DNA of 64,000 bases from Candidatus Limihabitans stercoravium (GTDB lineage: Bacteria > Bacillota > Clostridia > Christensenellales > CAG-314). A model generated the notes under the pieces. That model ran no database searches and was not told where the DNA came from. It saw only the letters and a list, made by a program, of their open reading frames with translations. The stretch spans positions 32,630 to 96,629 of the forward strand of contig DVLO01000021.1 in NCBI GenBank assembly GCA_018715495.1. Reading direction: 5' to 3'. Position numbers and translations under genes: made by a program. Below, in pieces: positions 28,455 to 37,218 of this stretch (within the stretch, counting starts at the first letter, position 1; each line of letters begins with the position of its first letter).

Positions 28455-30080
28455 ATGAAAGTTTACAAATTAGTGCTGGTTTTGTTGCTTGTGGCGGCAT
28501 TGCTCATGGGATGTACTCCCACTGAGCAACAAGACCCTGATCCCAAACCCGATCCGCAACCGACCGAATCCGACAAGCATCTGATTACCGATGCAAGCGG
28601 CAACTACGGCGGCAGTCAGAATGTAGAACTGTACGGAGAGGGTGCGCCATTGAACGGCGAATACGACAATCTTGAAGCAGGGTATTACCTTGCTCCCGAT
28701 TACTACAACATGAAGTCCACCAAGGACAGAACAATCTTCCCTGAGTTTCAGCCTTACCAACAGACAATGGCTGACAGCAGCGGTATTGCATGTGCCTTGA
28801 TGATACTGAACTACTTTGGCGAAGACGTCAAGGAAGAGTACAACGAATTGCAGTTGCTCAATATCTACGAACAGCTCAACAACGAAGTGGTGTACGGAAA
28901 CGGCACTACTAAGACAGGTCTCATCAATCTGTTCAACGAAGTGGGATACACAGCAACAACCGATGAGTATCTTGAACTCAGCAGCGCAACAAACGACAAG
29001 ATTGCCGATTTCAGCGACTGGGTGTGGGGTCATCTTTCCAACGGACGTTTCATCATGGTACGTTTCCAGGACGGCATGGATTTCGGCTGGCACGTAATTG
29101 TCGGTCTTGAAACCTACGGCACAGAGTATCCAAGAGACGACGTGTTGATTCTTGCGGATCCGTTTGACAACCTTGATCACTACCAGGACGGATTCCACAC
29201 GGAAGCACTGGGAAGATTTTACAGATGGTGGATGAATGTTGAAGATTCGGGCGTAACAACAGATGAATTCGATTACATTCTTGTCAACCCCAAGACTCCC
29301 ATACGTATTTCACGTGTTGAGGAAGAACGCAAGCAAGTGCAGACTGTCCCTGAACTGCACCTGTTGCTCAATCCCGACGGCAGTTACGGCGGTTCAACAG
29401 ACCCCGACAAGTACGGTACAATTGACATCAAGAACGGTTCCGTTGACCAACTGACATCAATTTACCACAAGTTCAATGACTACTACAACATGCAAAATAC
29501 CGACACCAGATACATATTGACAGGTTACAGGGCTTTCCAACAGACAATGTCATCTTCCTGCGGTATCTGTTCGATCTTGTCGGTGTTGAACTACTACGGT
29601 GAGGATGTGACTGTGTACAACGAAGTGTACCTGACCGAACTGTACTGCGACGTCAACAACAAGGATACCATCTATAATGTGGGCGTAGGCAGCAGCGGTC
29701 TGAAGAAATTGGTAGCCGAATTAGATTACGAAGCAACGGCAGGTTCATTCTCAAGAGATTCCTACGTTGACAATTCTTCAAGAGAATTTGGCAGTTACGA
29801 AGAATTTTTGCTGTGGGCACAGACCAATCTTGCCAAGGGTACGCCAATGCCCATTTCCTGGAGACCGCACGGCGGACACTGGGAAGTAATCATCGGCATT
29901 GACAACATGGGTACAGATTACATCTACGACGACGTAATCATTCTTGCCGACTCTGCCGACAACTGGGATCACTACCAGGACGGCTACAACACCTTGCCTG
30001 CAACAATGTTTTTCAGACAATGGTACAACGGAAGTTTCAGCTACAACCAACAGTTCTGCGTTTTCGACAGAATCAGCTGA
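28455..30080 (+). CDS. Lipoprotein with two tandem papain-like C39-like (Peptidase_C39_2/BtrH_N-type) domains
   Basis: Lipobox LLMGC plus a P/D-rich linker. Repeated blocks FQPYQQTMADSSGIACALMILNYFGEDV and FQQTMSSSCGICSILSVLNYYGEDV are 780 nt apart. Downstream His blocks are GWHVIVGLE and GGHWEVIIGID. Confidence 0.7.
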   Translation: MKVYKLVLVLLLVAALLMGCTPTEQQDPDPKPDPQPTESDKHLITDASGNYGGSQNVELYGEGAPLNGEYDNLEAGYYLAPDYYNMKSTKDRTIFPEFQPYQQTMADSSGIACALMILNYFGEDVKEEYNELQLLNIYEQLNNEVVYGNGTTKTGLINLFNEVGYTATTDEYLELSSATNDKIADFSDWVWGHLSNGRFIMVRFQDGMDFGWHVIVGLETYGTEYPRDDVLILADPFDNLDHYQDGFHTEALGRFYRWWMNVEDSGVTTDEFDYILVNPKTPIRISRVEEERKQVQTVPELHLLLNPDGSYGGSTDPDKYGTIDIKNGSVDQLTSIYHKFNDYYNMQNTDTRYILTGYRAFQQTMSSSCGICSILSVLNYYGEDVTVYNEVYLTELYCDVNNKDTIYNVGVGSSGLKKLVAELDYEATAGSFSRDSYVDNSSREFGSYEEFLLWAQTNLAKGTPMPISWRPHGGHWEVIIGIDNMGTDYIYDDVIILADSADNWDHYQDGYNTLPATMFFRQWYNGSFSYNQQFCVFDRIS

Positions 30081-30101
30081 CAACTCTACAACAACACAAA
30101 A

Positions 30102-30128
30102 ATCGGGCATCCCCATGCCCGATTTTTT
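30102..30128 (+). terminator. Rho-independent terminator
   Basis: ATCGGGCAT-CCCC-ATGCCCGAT followed by T6. Confidence 0.85.
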
Positions 30129-30249
30129 ATTGCATTTTCTCTATTTTTGTGTCTATTTCTGTAACCAAGTCATGTTTATGGTGTTTTGTGGTTTGCGGTT
30201 CGGGATAAATGTGGTATAATCAGAAAAAAAAGAATCGGTGAAAATTTAT

Positions 30250-31665
30250 ATGCAATTGAAAAGGTTGGAAAGGCGGGAAATCCCGTCACTAAAGAGATTT
30301 TATTCGGTGCAGAACACACGCATCAGCAACTATTCGGCAGGCTTTGCTTTCATGTGGGGAGAGGATCTAAGCACTCATTACGACATTACGAAAGACTGCC
30401 TTGTGCTGTGCGACAGTTACGACGGCGACAAGTACTTCTACTGGCCGTTGTCTGTCGACAACGACATTGACAAGGAATTGAAGGCGCTTGATGAAATAGA
30501 ACAGTATTGTCGTACAAATTACATCCGACTTCGTTTTACATCCGTTCCTTCCGACAGGCTTCATTTGTTGGTGCAGCGATACGGCGCAGACATGTACATC
30601 TCCAACAGCAGACGTTGGCGTGATTATCTTTACAATGCACAAGATTTTGTAAATTACCCCGGCAAGAAGTACAGCGGACAGCGTAACCACGTAAACAAGT
30701 TTTTACGTCAGTATCCACGTTACTCCTTTGAAACTTTCCATGAAGACGATTTGCATGATGTCCTGCGTTTTCTGGGTGATGTGGCAACCGTTCAGGCTAA
30801 AAAAGGCACGATTGCACTGACGGAAATCCGTGGGGTTTCGGAAATCTTGCCCCATTTAGACAGTTTGGGATTGTTCGGGGCAGTTTTGCGTGTGGACGGT
30901 GAAGTTGTCGGCTTTTCTGTGGGTGAAGTGTGCGGGGACACAATGATTGTTCACGTAGAAAAGGCGTTGCGAAGTGTGGACGGCGCTTATCCGATGCTGG
31001 CTCAGCAATTTGCTAAAAAGTACGCAGCAAATGTGCATTACATCAACCGTGAGGATGACGCAGGGGATATAGGCCTGCGTAAATCCAAGATGCAGTATCT
31101 TCCCGTAGCCATTGTGGACAAGTTCACAGTAGAGGTGCGAAACGCAATGCACAATATCGTAAGATATCCGTCAATAAAGACAGCACGACTTAAAATAGGC
31201 AAAATAAAGCAGGAGGACGTAGCAAACTTTGCACGTCTTGCAAGAGACGGATCTCTCAACAAGTACTGGGGATACGACTGGACAACTAAAGCAGGGTGTG
31301 ACAATCCACCAGACAGTTGGTTTTTGAATGACGTGTATCAGGATTTCAAAAACAAGCATGAACTTCCTCTTGCAATTTACTACGACAACACTCTTGCGGG
31401 CGAAGTGGTGTTGCACAACTTCGGCTATCGCAGTGAAGCGGAAATAGGCATGCGTGTACTTCCTGAGTATCAGCACAAGGGAATTGCCCGTGAAGCGTTG
31501 ATTGCGACAATGCAGTATGCTTTTGCACGGCTGAACATTGAAAAGGTGGAAGCAAAGTGTTTCAAGGAAAACACAACATCAGCCTACACGTTAAAGAGCG
31601 CAGGAATGAAACAACTGGGCGAAGACGACACCTATCTGCATTTTTACAAGACGGCAGAAATGTAG
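30250..31665 (+). CDS. Two-domain protein: DUF2156-like (lysyl-PG synthase C-terminal-like acyltransferase fold) fused to a RimJ/RimL-type GNAT acetyltransferase
   Basis: The C-terminal ~170 aa have GNAT features (EIGMRVLPEYQHKGIAREALIATMQYAF..L.IEKVEAKCFKENTTSAYTLKSAGM). The N-terminal ~290 aa resemble DUF2156 by eye (low certainty). Start is ATG 30250 or GTG 30238. Confidence 0.6.
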   Translation: MQLKRLERREIPSLKRFYSVQNTRISNYSAGFAFMWGEDLSTHYDITKDCLVLCDSYDGDKYFYWPLSVDNDIDKELKALDEIEQYCRTNYIRLRFTSVPSDRLHLLVQRYGADMYISNSRRWRDYLYNAQDFVNYPGKKYSGQRNHVNKFLRQYPRYSFETFHEDDLHDVLRFLGDVATVQAKKGTIALTEIRGVSEILPHLDSLGLFGAVLRVDGEVVGFSVGEVCGDTMIVHVEKALRSVDGAYPMLAQQFAKKYAANVHYINREDDAGDIGLRKSKMQYLPVAIVDKFTVEVRNAMHNIVRYPSIKTARLKIGKIKQEDVANFARLARDGSLNKYWGYDWTTKAGCDNPPDSWFLNDVYQDFKNKHELPLAIYYDNTLAGEVVLHNFGYRSEAEIGMRVLPEYQHKGIAREALIATMQYAFARLNIEKVEAKCFKENTTSAYTLKSAGMKQLGEDDTYLHFYKTAEM

Positions 31666-31782
31666 TGAAGTTGACAAGGATTTTCGGTCAGTTTGGCAAG
31701 TCATGTCCGTCGAAATTCCCAAACGTATTGTTTTTAACGTAAAAAAGACAAGGCTGTGTAAACTGACGCAAATAAAAGTTTA

Positions 31783-31817
31783 AACCGCACCGAAAGTAGT
31801 GTTTTCGGTGCGGTTTT
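31783..31817. terminator. Bidirectional terminator between convergent genes
   Basis: AAACCGCACCGAAA ... TTTTCGGTGCGGTTTT. Confidence 0.8.
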
Positions 31818-31909
31818 GTAGTTAAAATAATTTTTTACAACAAACATAACTTTTAAGTCAGTTGATTTGACAAATTTTAGTATGTAATGCGGTTTTTTGC
31901 TTGCAAGAT

Positions 31910-32638
31910 TTACAATTGACCTCCGTCAACGTAAATAAATTCTTCCTCTTCGGACAAGGGTTTTTGCGGTCTGTAAGAGGTGACGTCTACAATGTAATCG
32001 TCGAAAAAATCCGCCTCAACATACACGTCCACAAGGTCACCTGTACGGAAGTACTCCGACGGGGAAGCACGGAATTTTTGTTTGTATTCGTGTCCGTATT
32101 CATCCTTGCAGTAAATGGTGGTAGGGTATTTGCCGTTGATACGCACGTTGCTCATCTGTCTTACTTCGGTGATTGTAGCGGTGATTTTTCTGCCGTTTTC
32201 GGAAAGTCTACGAAGTTTTGCATTAAATCGAATGGCGGTAATTCCCGTGTACAATCCAATGAATGTCACAACCGATCCCATTCCGCCGAAACACAGCAGC
32301 AACACCCAACTCATCTTTCCGAAGACAAATTCGTTGGGATTTTCGGGATTGTAGTAAACCGGTACGACCTGTCCCACCTTCATTGATGACCAGTATTCAT
32401 TGAGTTCGCCACGGTAAGTTACTCCCTCTACTTGAAATTCTACCGTTGCAACATGCCTGAGGTCACGGTCAGTTGTGTAGTAGGAATCGATGTCTACAAT
32501 GATTGCGTCTGTCTTTACTCCGTTTCGTGCCGCATTGTTGTAGGTTACAGCGTAAAATATGGCAACACCTACAAATAGCAATCCAAACAGTGCGAAAAGC
32601 AAAGACCATGCACTTTTTTCTCCTCGTCTTCTAGTCAT
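31910..32638 (-). CDS. DUF3592-type membrane protein (two repeats)
   Basis: ATG 32638 after a G-rich RBS. TM helix followed by a beta-rich segment, twice (GVKTDAIIVDIDSYYT...; ATITEVRQMSNVRINGKYP...). Confidence 0.65.
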   Translation of the reverse strand: MTRRRGEKSAWSLLFALFGLLFVGVAIFYAVTYNNAARNGVKTDAIIVDIDSYYTTDRDLRHVATVEFQVEGVTYRGELNEYWSSMKVGQVVPVYYNPENPNEFVFGKMSWVLLLCFGGMGSVVTFIGLYTGITAIRFNAKLRRLSENGRKITATITEVRQMSNVRINGKYPTTIYCKDEYGHEYKQKFRASPSEYFRTGDLVDVYVEADFFDDYIVDVTSYRPQKPLSEEEEFIYVDGGQL

Positions 32639-32797
32639 GAGTGTTTCCCCCCCTTTAAACGTCTTCATTGTACAACAGCGATGTAACAAATGTCAATACA
32701 AGAAGTTATTGTTTTGTGGCACTTTTAAAGCAAGTATCACAATGCGAATTAGTACAACGTGGTGCGTTTTTAGAACATGTAAGGGTAATTTTAGAAG

Positions 32798-33346
32798 TTA
32801 CTCTAAATAATGGCAGTGGGAAAAATCGTCGCGCTGTGCAAGTTCGTTAAACAACTTGGCTATTGAACTTGCCATGTCCAATGCGTTTTTGTTGTCGGCA
32901 TATATTTCAAACAACTTCAGCAGTCGACTGATTGAATAATCCTGCACTTTGTCTTTAAAAATGGACTTCGCAATTTCTAACGTATTTAAAGTGGGATTGT
33001 CCGGTTGGTGATACAATTGTTTTATTGCTGTAAATTTATCCGTTGCTTCCAATTTGTACACAACCAGAACGTTGTCTTTGACAAAATCTTTTAACTGCAT
33101 TAGTGCAGTGGATATGTCCAACACATTGTTGGTTGTGTTGTGTGCGTTGTTGTTGTGTGTAATTGGACAACACGCAACTGCGAAAAATAAATTGCTCGAT
33201 TGGTCGGCACGAATTGTTTTGTTTGACGTTGTGCGGTTGTCAATTTTTGATGCACCTATTTCAACAACAAGATGTTCGGCTGTCAATTCAATGGGATTGA
33301 AATGTATTGCAATGGGTGTGCGTGTTTCAATTACCGTCAGATGCAT
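32798..33346 (-). CDS. Hypothetical protein, possibly a degenerate DEDD-type exonuclease fold
   Basis: ATG 33346 after AAGGAGA. 182 aa. The order of segments LTVIETRT / VVEIGASKIDN / LVVYKLEATDKF / KNALDMASSIAKLFNEL recalls Exo I-III of DnaQ-like domains, but with most acidic/His positions replaced. Alignment is by eye only. Confidence 0.45.
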   Translation of the reverse strand: MHLTVIETRTPIAIHFNPIELTAEHLVVEIGASKIDNRTTSNKTIRADQSSNLFFAVACCPITHNNNAHNTTNNVLDISTALMQLKDFVKDNVLVVYKLEATDKFTAIKQLYHQPDNPTLNTLEIAKSIFKDKVQDYSISRLLKLFEIYADNKNALDMASSIAKLFNELAQRDDFSHCHYLE

Positions 33347-33586
33347 GATGATCTCCTTGAAATGTCTAAACAGTAAAACAATAAGGTATCTTTTTAAATT
33401 TAACCTGTGTAAAAAATTGCTTGCTGTAACTATATCATTAGAGTTTGCTAATTGTACAACAATCGACATTTAAAAATCAACTAAAACAATACCGTAACAA
33501 AATTTAATGGAAATAATTTTTTCTAAAATCATGATAATGTATACAAATTAGTGGATTTTAAAAATTCAATTTGCTATAATGACGGC

Positions 33587-34279
33587 ATGAGATACTGTAT
33601 ATCCGACATTCATGGTTACTACAATGCCTTTTGCGAATTGATGAACAAGATCAAGTTTGGTCAAAGCGACAAATTGTATGTGCTTGGTGACGCAATAGAC
33701 AAAGGTCCTGACAGCATTCGTCTTGCGCAGTTGTTGTTTTCCTTGCCCAATGTTCAGTACATTGCAGGTAATCACGAGTATGACTTCATCAAGTTTTACA
33801 AAAAACGCATGACGGAAGTTTCAAGCAATTACGATGAAGTGTTGTTTGAGATGCAAGGGTATTTTCCCGATGGCAAGTTGCTTGATTGGGAAACTCTTGA
33901 CAACTTCGAGTATTTGCCCTTTTACATCGATGAGAAAGACTTCATCGGAGTACATGCAGGTGCTTTGTTGAAGGGCGGTAAGGTTTGTCCTCTTGCAAGT
34001 ACACCCAACGAAATTTTTGTTTACGACCGAACATTTAAGGACAGGGATGTTCTGCCAACTGACAGCAAGTGTGTTTTGTTTGGACACACACCCGTCAGAA
34101 ACTTGACGGGAAATGATGAAATGCTGTTGTATCGCAGGAATGGTTTGTTAGGGGGATCAACTTACATCAAGGATTACGCTGAAATCCACATTGATACGGG
34201 TGTGTATTTGAGTGGTACGTTGGGATGTATTTGTTTGGATACATGTCAGTGTTTTTATGTTAAAGGTGTGAAGTTGTAG
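33587..34279 (+). CDS. Calcineurin-like metallophosphoesterase (PPP-family Ser/Thr phosphatase / ApaH-like)
   Basis: ISDIHGYY, LYVLGDAIDKGPDS, GNHEYDF, VLFGHTP motifs. ATG 33587. Confidence 0.8.
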   Translation: MRYCISDIHGYYNAFCELMNKIKFGQSDKLYVLGDAIDKGPDSIRLAQLLFSLPNVQYIAGNHEYDFIKFYKKRMTEVSSNYDEVLFEMQGYFPDGKLLDWETLDNFEYLPFYIDEKDFIGVHAGALLKGGKVCPLASTPNEIFVYDRTFKDRDVLPTDSKCVLFGHTPVRNLTGNDEMLLYRRNGLLGGSTYIKDYAEIHIDTGVYLSGTLGCICLDTCQCFYVKGVKL

Positions 34280-34583
34280 TTTTTGTGTGCGAAAAAAATC
34301 AATGACGTCGGTCAAATTTCGCAATTGCAGACAGTCTTGGGAATGTGCTTTAGAAGGTAAGTTAATTTGTAACAGGAGTGTATTCGTATTGTGTAAATAA
34401 CAAGTTGAAATTGTGGAACAGTGATGTGAAATGCAGTTGCAACAACACATCGAAACACCGAAAAACAGTTGTGGTCGTCGAGTTTAACATGACTGCTTGA
34501 GCGAAAGTTAGTAAACCTTGTAATATTTGCTTTTTAAAATTTGTCTTGAAATAGGGTTTTCGTATCAAACAGTTGATTTACAG

Positions 34584-34614
34584 AAAAAAAACAGCCGTCT
34601 TTTTTGACGGCTGT
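34584..34614 (-). terminator. Rho-independent (bidirectional) terminator after the MDR gene
   Basis: ACAGCCGTC-TTTTTT-GACGGCTGT flanked by A8 / T-rich runs. Confidence 0.8.
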
Positions 34615-34628
34615 TTGTGTTTTTGTGT

Positions 34629-35636
34629 TTAGTCTACAACAATTATTTTGCCTTTGACGGTGAGGTCTTCGCCCTTTACCGATTGCAGTTCTTCCGAAAG
34701 ATTGTCGAATTTCAGTTTGTCGCCTATAAATCCATCTACATTGACGGTGTTTGTTACCATCAGGTTGATTGCACTGGGGAAGTTTCCGTATCCGTTAAAC
34801 ACTCCAAATACTTTGAGGTGCTTTTGCGCAATTTTCTTGATGGACAGCGATGTGTCTTTTTCGCCGTAACCTGCTATGCACACTTCCGCATTGAAGGAGG
34901 CAATGGAATACGCCTGGTCAATGTCGAAGTTGCTGTTAGAAAAGAACACAACTTGCTTGCACATTCTTCCGCCTGTAACTGTCTTTACCTTGTCAAGGAA
35001 GTTTTCTTCATTGAATGCGTAGAAAATTCCCGTCTGAGAAGCAATTTCCAGTAATCCTGTATTTTGCGTGATGAAGATGGGCACAGCCTTGTAGTAACTG
35101 AGCAACTGACACAGTATGATTCCCGCCTTTGTGTTGGCGAAAACTGCAACGTGTTCCCCTCTTTCGAAGTTGAGCGCGTCTGTGATGTTGAGACCCAGCG
35201 CAACGTAGGAAAGGTACAGTGCCTTTTCGTTGGACAACACATCGGGCAGTTTGTGTAGTGTGCTTGAAGGAAGGTCAACGAAGTTCTGCAACAATCCGTC
35301 CGAAGTCTGACCAAGTTCCTGCATCTGCTCACAGTGACTGTAATTTTTGTTGTGACATTCATCACATTTACCGCACGGGACAAATGGTTCTATTGCCACT
35401 CTGTCCATTTTGGTGAGAATGGATCTTTCTTTGTCGAAAACTTCCGACACAACGCCTACTGCGTTCTTTCCCGGAACTATCGGCGCGCCCGTTCCGTGTG
35501 TGTAAATGTCGTAATCGGATGTGCTGTACAGTATCTGTTCGATTTTTACCTTAACATTCTTTTGCGGAGTAAGTTGTGTAGGCTCATCTTCGTGCATTTC
35601 TAATGTTTTAGGCCCTTCCAATCTCCAATACTTCAT
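34629..35636 (-). CDS. Medium-chain dehydrogenase/reductase (zinc-ADH superfamily) with atypical active-site positions
   Basis: ATG 35636 after AAGGAGAG. Structural-zinc motif CGKCDECHNKNYSHC is present. The GHE-equivalent reads PGKNAVG and the GxGxxG region reads ANTKAG. Confidence 0.75.
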   Translation of the reverse strand: MKYWRLEGPKTLEMHEDEPTQLTPQKNVKVKIEQILYSTSDYDIYTHGTGAPIVPGKNAVGVVSEVFDKERSILTKMDRVAIEPFVPCGKCDECHNKNYSHCEQMQELGQTSDGLLQNFVDLPSSTLHKLPDVLSNEKALYLSYVALGLNITDALNFERGEHVAVFANTKAGIILCQLLSYYKAVPIFITQNTGLLEIASQTGIFYAFNEENFLDKVKTVTGGRMCKQVVFFSNSNFDIDQAYSIASFNAEVCIAGYGEKDTSLSIKKIAQKHLKVFGVFNGYGNFPSAINLMVTNTVNVDGFIGDKLKFDNLSEELQSVKGEDLTVKGKIIVVD

Positions 35637-35849
35637 GATCTCTCCTTGTGCAACAGCGGTTGCCTGCACCCTATATGTATTGATATAATATACATCATAT
35701 TGCTGAATTTGTCAATAGTAATAGGGATGACACGTTCTGCGTCCATGTCGGAACTTGCCGTGTAAAGACAGATGTAACCTTGACAGATTTTCAATGGTGA
35801 TATATACTTTACTTGATTTAGGTTAATGTAGAACAAGGAGTTTTTCTTT

Positions 35850-36500
35850 ATGAAGATTCAGTATCTTGGACATTCGTCATTTCGTCTAATCAGCCAGATG
35901 GGCAACAGCGTTGTTACCGATCCTTACAACGGCAGACTTACAGGCTACGACATGCCGCACGTCAATTGCGACATTGTGACGGTAAGTCATCATCACGACG
36001 ACCACAACTACATTGAGGCACTTGGCGGACAGCCTGCCGTATTGGATACACAATGCGAAGGTACTGCTGACGACATCTGCATTAAATCCTACTCAACCTT
36101 TCACGACGACAAAAAGGGGGCTTTGCGTGGTACAAACCTTGTGTTTACCTTCCTGATTGACGGAATCAACATTGCTCACCTTGGAGACATCGGATTGTAT
36201 GACCAGTCTATTGTGGACGCTTTGAAGGGCTGTAATGTTTTGCTTGTTCCCGTTGGCGGCCATTACACAATTGATGCCGTAACTGCCAAGAAATATGTGG
36301 ATGCAATCAATCCCCAGTTGGTAATTCCCATGCATTACGCTGTCCCTCAAGGAACAATAGACATCGGCATGGTGGATGATTTCGTGGATTTGTTCCCGAT
36401 GGGTACTGTTGTTCGTGCGGATACGGATACCATTGAGACGGATTACATCATGGATGACGACAAACAGAAAGTGGTGGTTATGGATCAATACCAGGACTGA
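35850..36500 (+). CDS. MBL-fold metal-dependent hydrolase (UPF0173-like)
   Basis: MKIQYLGHSSF..., VTVSHHHDDHN metal-binding motif. About 216 aa. Confidence 0.85.
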   Translation: MKIQYLGHSSFRLISQMGNSVVTDPYNGRLTGYDMPHVNCDIVTVSHHHDDHNYIEALGGQPAVLDTQCEGTADDICIKSYSTFHDDKKGALRGTNLVFTFLIDGINIAHLGDIGLYDQSIVDALKGCNVLLVPVGGHYTIDAVTAKKYVDAINPQLVIPMHYAVPQGTIDIGMVDDFVDLFPMGTVVRADTDTIETDYIMDDDKQKVVVMDQYQD

Positions 36501-36582
36501 AGTGCTTAGAAGTGGGGTTTGACAGGTTTTAGTGGGGTTTTGCAACAAGTCAAACTTTTTGTAAAAAAAGTCAGAAAATTTC

Positions 36583-36611
36583 TTGACAACCCCACACTTG
36601 TTTGCTATAAT
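36583..36611 (+). promoter_or_regulatory. Sigma-70 promoter of the tRNA cluster
   Basis: TTGACA, 17-nt spacer, TATAAT (perfect consensus). Confidence 0.75.
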
Positions 36612-36670
36612 AACAAAGCTGTTGAATGAATGTTTCGGGTATAGACGTTTGTTTGAGCAAAGTTGAATAT

Positions 36671-36747
36671 GGCGGCGTAGCTTAGTTGGTTATAGCGGCC
36701 GGTTCATACCCGGCAGGTCGTTGGTTCGAGTCCGACCGCCGCTACCA
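36671..36747 (+). tRNA. tRNA with CAT anticodon (elongator Met or lysidine-modified Ile2; not initiator-like)
   Basis: Cloverleaf drawn by hand: acceptor GGCGGCG/CGCCGCT, anticodon arm GCCGG-TTCATAC-CCGGC, T arm GTTGG-TTCGAGT-CCGAC, encoded CCA. It lacks the three G-C pairs of initiator anticodon stems. Confidence 0.85.
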
Positions 36748-36752
36748 CATAC

Positions 36753-36827
36753 GGCTCCTTGGTCAAGCGGTCAAGACATCGCCCTTTCACGGCGGTAACA
36801 CGGGTTCGATTCCCGTAGGAGTCACCA
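36753..36827 (+). tRNA. tRNA-Glu (TTC)
   Basis: GGCTCCTTGGTCAAGCGGTCAAGAC...CTTTCAC... anticodon loop with TTC. T arm CGGGTTCGATTCCCG. Encoded CCA. Confidence 0.9.
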
Positions 36828-36830
36828 TTT

Positions 36831-36906
36831 GGGGAGTTAGCTCAGTTGGGAGAGCATCTGCCTTACAAGCAGGGGGTCACAGGTTCGAGCCCTGTACTCC
36901 CCACCA
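36831..36906 (+). tRNA. tRNA-Val (TAC)
   Basis: Acceptor GGGGAGT/ACTCCCC. Anticodon loop CTTACAA. T arm CACAGGTTCGAGCCCTGT. Encoded CCA. Confidence 0.9.
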
Positions 36907-37176
36907 AATCAAGACAGTGGCATTTAGTGTCGCAACAGAAAAGAAAGCACGACAATGGTCGTGCGTTTTTTTCTTTTCTATTGCTCCTTTTGAGCCACTG
37001 CCTTTTTTCATTATAGAGTACATGAAGTCGAAATGATGTGACGGTACTGCGTACGGCGATTTTTAGTTTTGTAGTCGGTTTTAGTCGTTGCATCCATTTT
37101 ACAAAGTGCCCGTGTGGCAACACTTTGCTATTCCGTCGCAACGGGTTGCTCCTTGCGCCCCCTGTACTCCCCAGCA
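36907..37176 (+). repeat. 270-bp tRNA-Val-linked insert ending in a duplicated tRNA-Val 3' end (att-like direct repeat)
   Basis: CCCTGTACTCCCCA of the tRNA (36891-36904) recurs at 37160-37173. The insert carries its own terminator (36937-36979). It also has blocks shared with the tRNA-Ser-linked repeats: TAGTGTCGCAACAGAAAAGAAAG-hairpin-TTCTATTGCTCC, GAAATGATGTGACG, GTCGCAACGGGTTGCTCCTT. Confidence 0.7.
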
Positions 37177-37178
37177 CA

Positions 37179-37218
37179 AAGGTAGTTGATGTGAAAACGT
37201 CAACTACCTTTATTTTTT
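37179..37218 (+). terminator. Rho-independent terminator directly after the duplicated tRNA-Val 3' end (probable original tRNA-cluster terminator)
   Basis: AAGGTAGTTGA ... TCAACTACCTT stem followed by TATTTTTT. Confidence 0.75.
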
